A DNA stretch of 64,000 nucleotides from Chrysomallon squamiferum (taxonomy: Eukaryota > Animalia > Mollusca): positions 310,001 through 374,000 of the forward strand of contig CM022675.1 of assembly GCA_012295275.1 (NCBI GenBank), read 5' to 3'. Each line of letters begins with the position of its first letter. The first letter of the stretch is position 1. Shown in pieces: positions 63,883 to 64,000 of the stretch. The position numbers and the translations under genes are program-made. The notes beneath the pieces were generated by a model. That model did not search any database. It had not been told where the DNA came from and saw only the letters and a list, made by a program, of their open reading frames with translations.

Positions 63883-64000
63883 TATGTTTTACTTCGGTTT
63901 ATTCATTGTCTCACTGCTTATTCATGTTATTAATGCAAACAGTATTCCATGCTTTTGAATATTGATTCCTACATCATTTTAGTGCTCTTGTTTGTAAATA

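Overview
This is AT-rich, repeat-laden eukaryotic (animal) DNA with spliceosomal introns and a 200-N assembly gap. A mollusc or other lophotrochozoan origin is inferred from gene content. The main gene is a 31-exon myosin-motor-domain chitin synthase on the + strand (33099-63530, about 2360 aa as I splice it by hand). It has GESGSGKT, NNNSSRF, DICGFE, CATMWHE, RHRKRWSQ|VMYMYYLLGY, DGD, GEDRW, QRRRW and WGTRE motifs, with one 1-nt frameshift near 62290. Upstream lies a paralogous copy of exons 1-14 (14890-28487) that carries four 1-nt indels and is cut off by the gap; remnants of a probable third copy follow the gap. The window also holds a 9.5-kb 28-bp satellite, 27-bp and 32-bp minisatellites, Tigger-derived MITEs, a MULE remnant, solo LTRs and duplicated Gmr1-like Gypsy remnants. 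The most unusual feature is the intron before catalytic-domain exon 28. It ends in a tandem array of about 28 copies of that exon's own 3' splice site and first codons, and every intact upstream copy runs into an in-frame stop. Two more splice-site duplications occur in the same locus.
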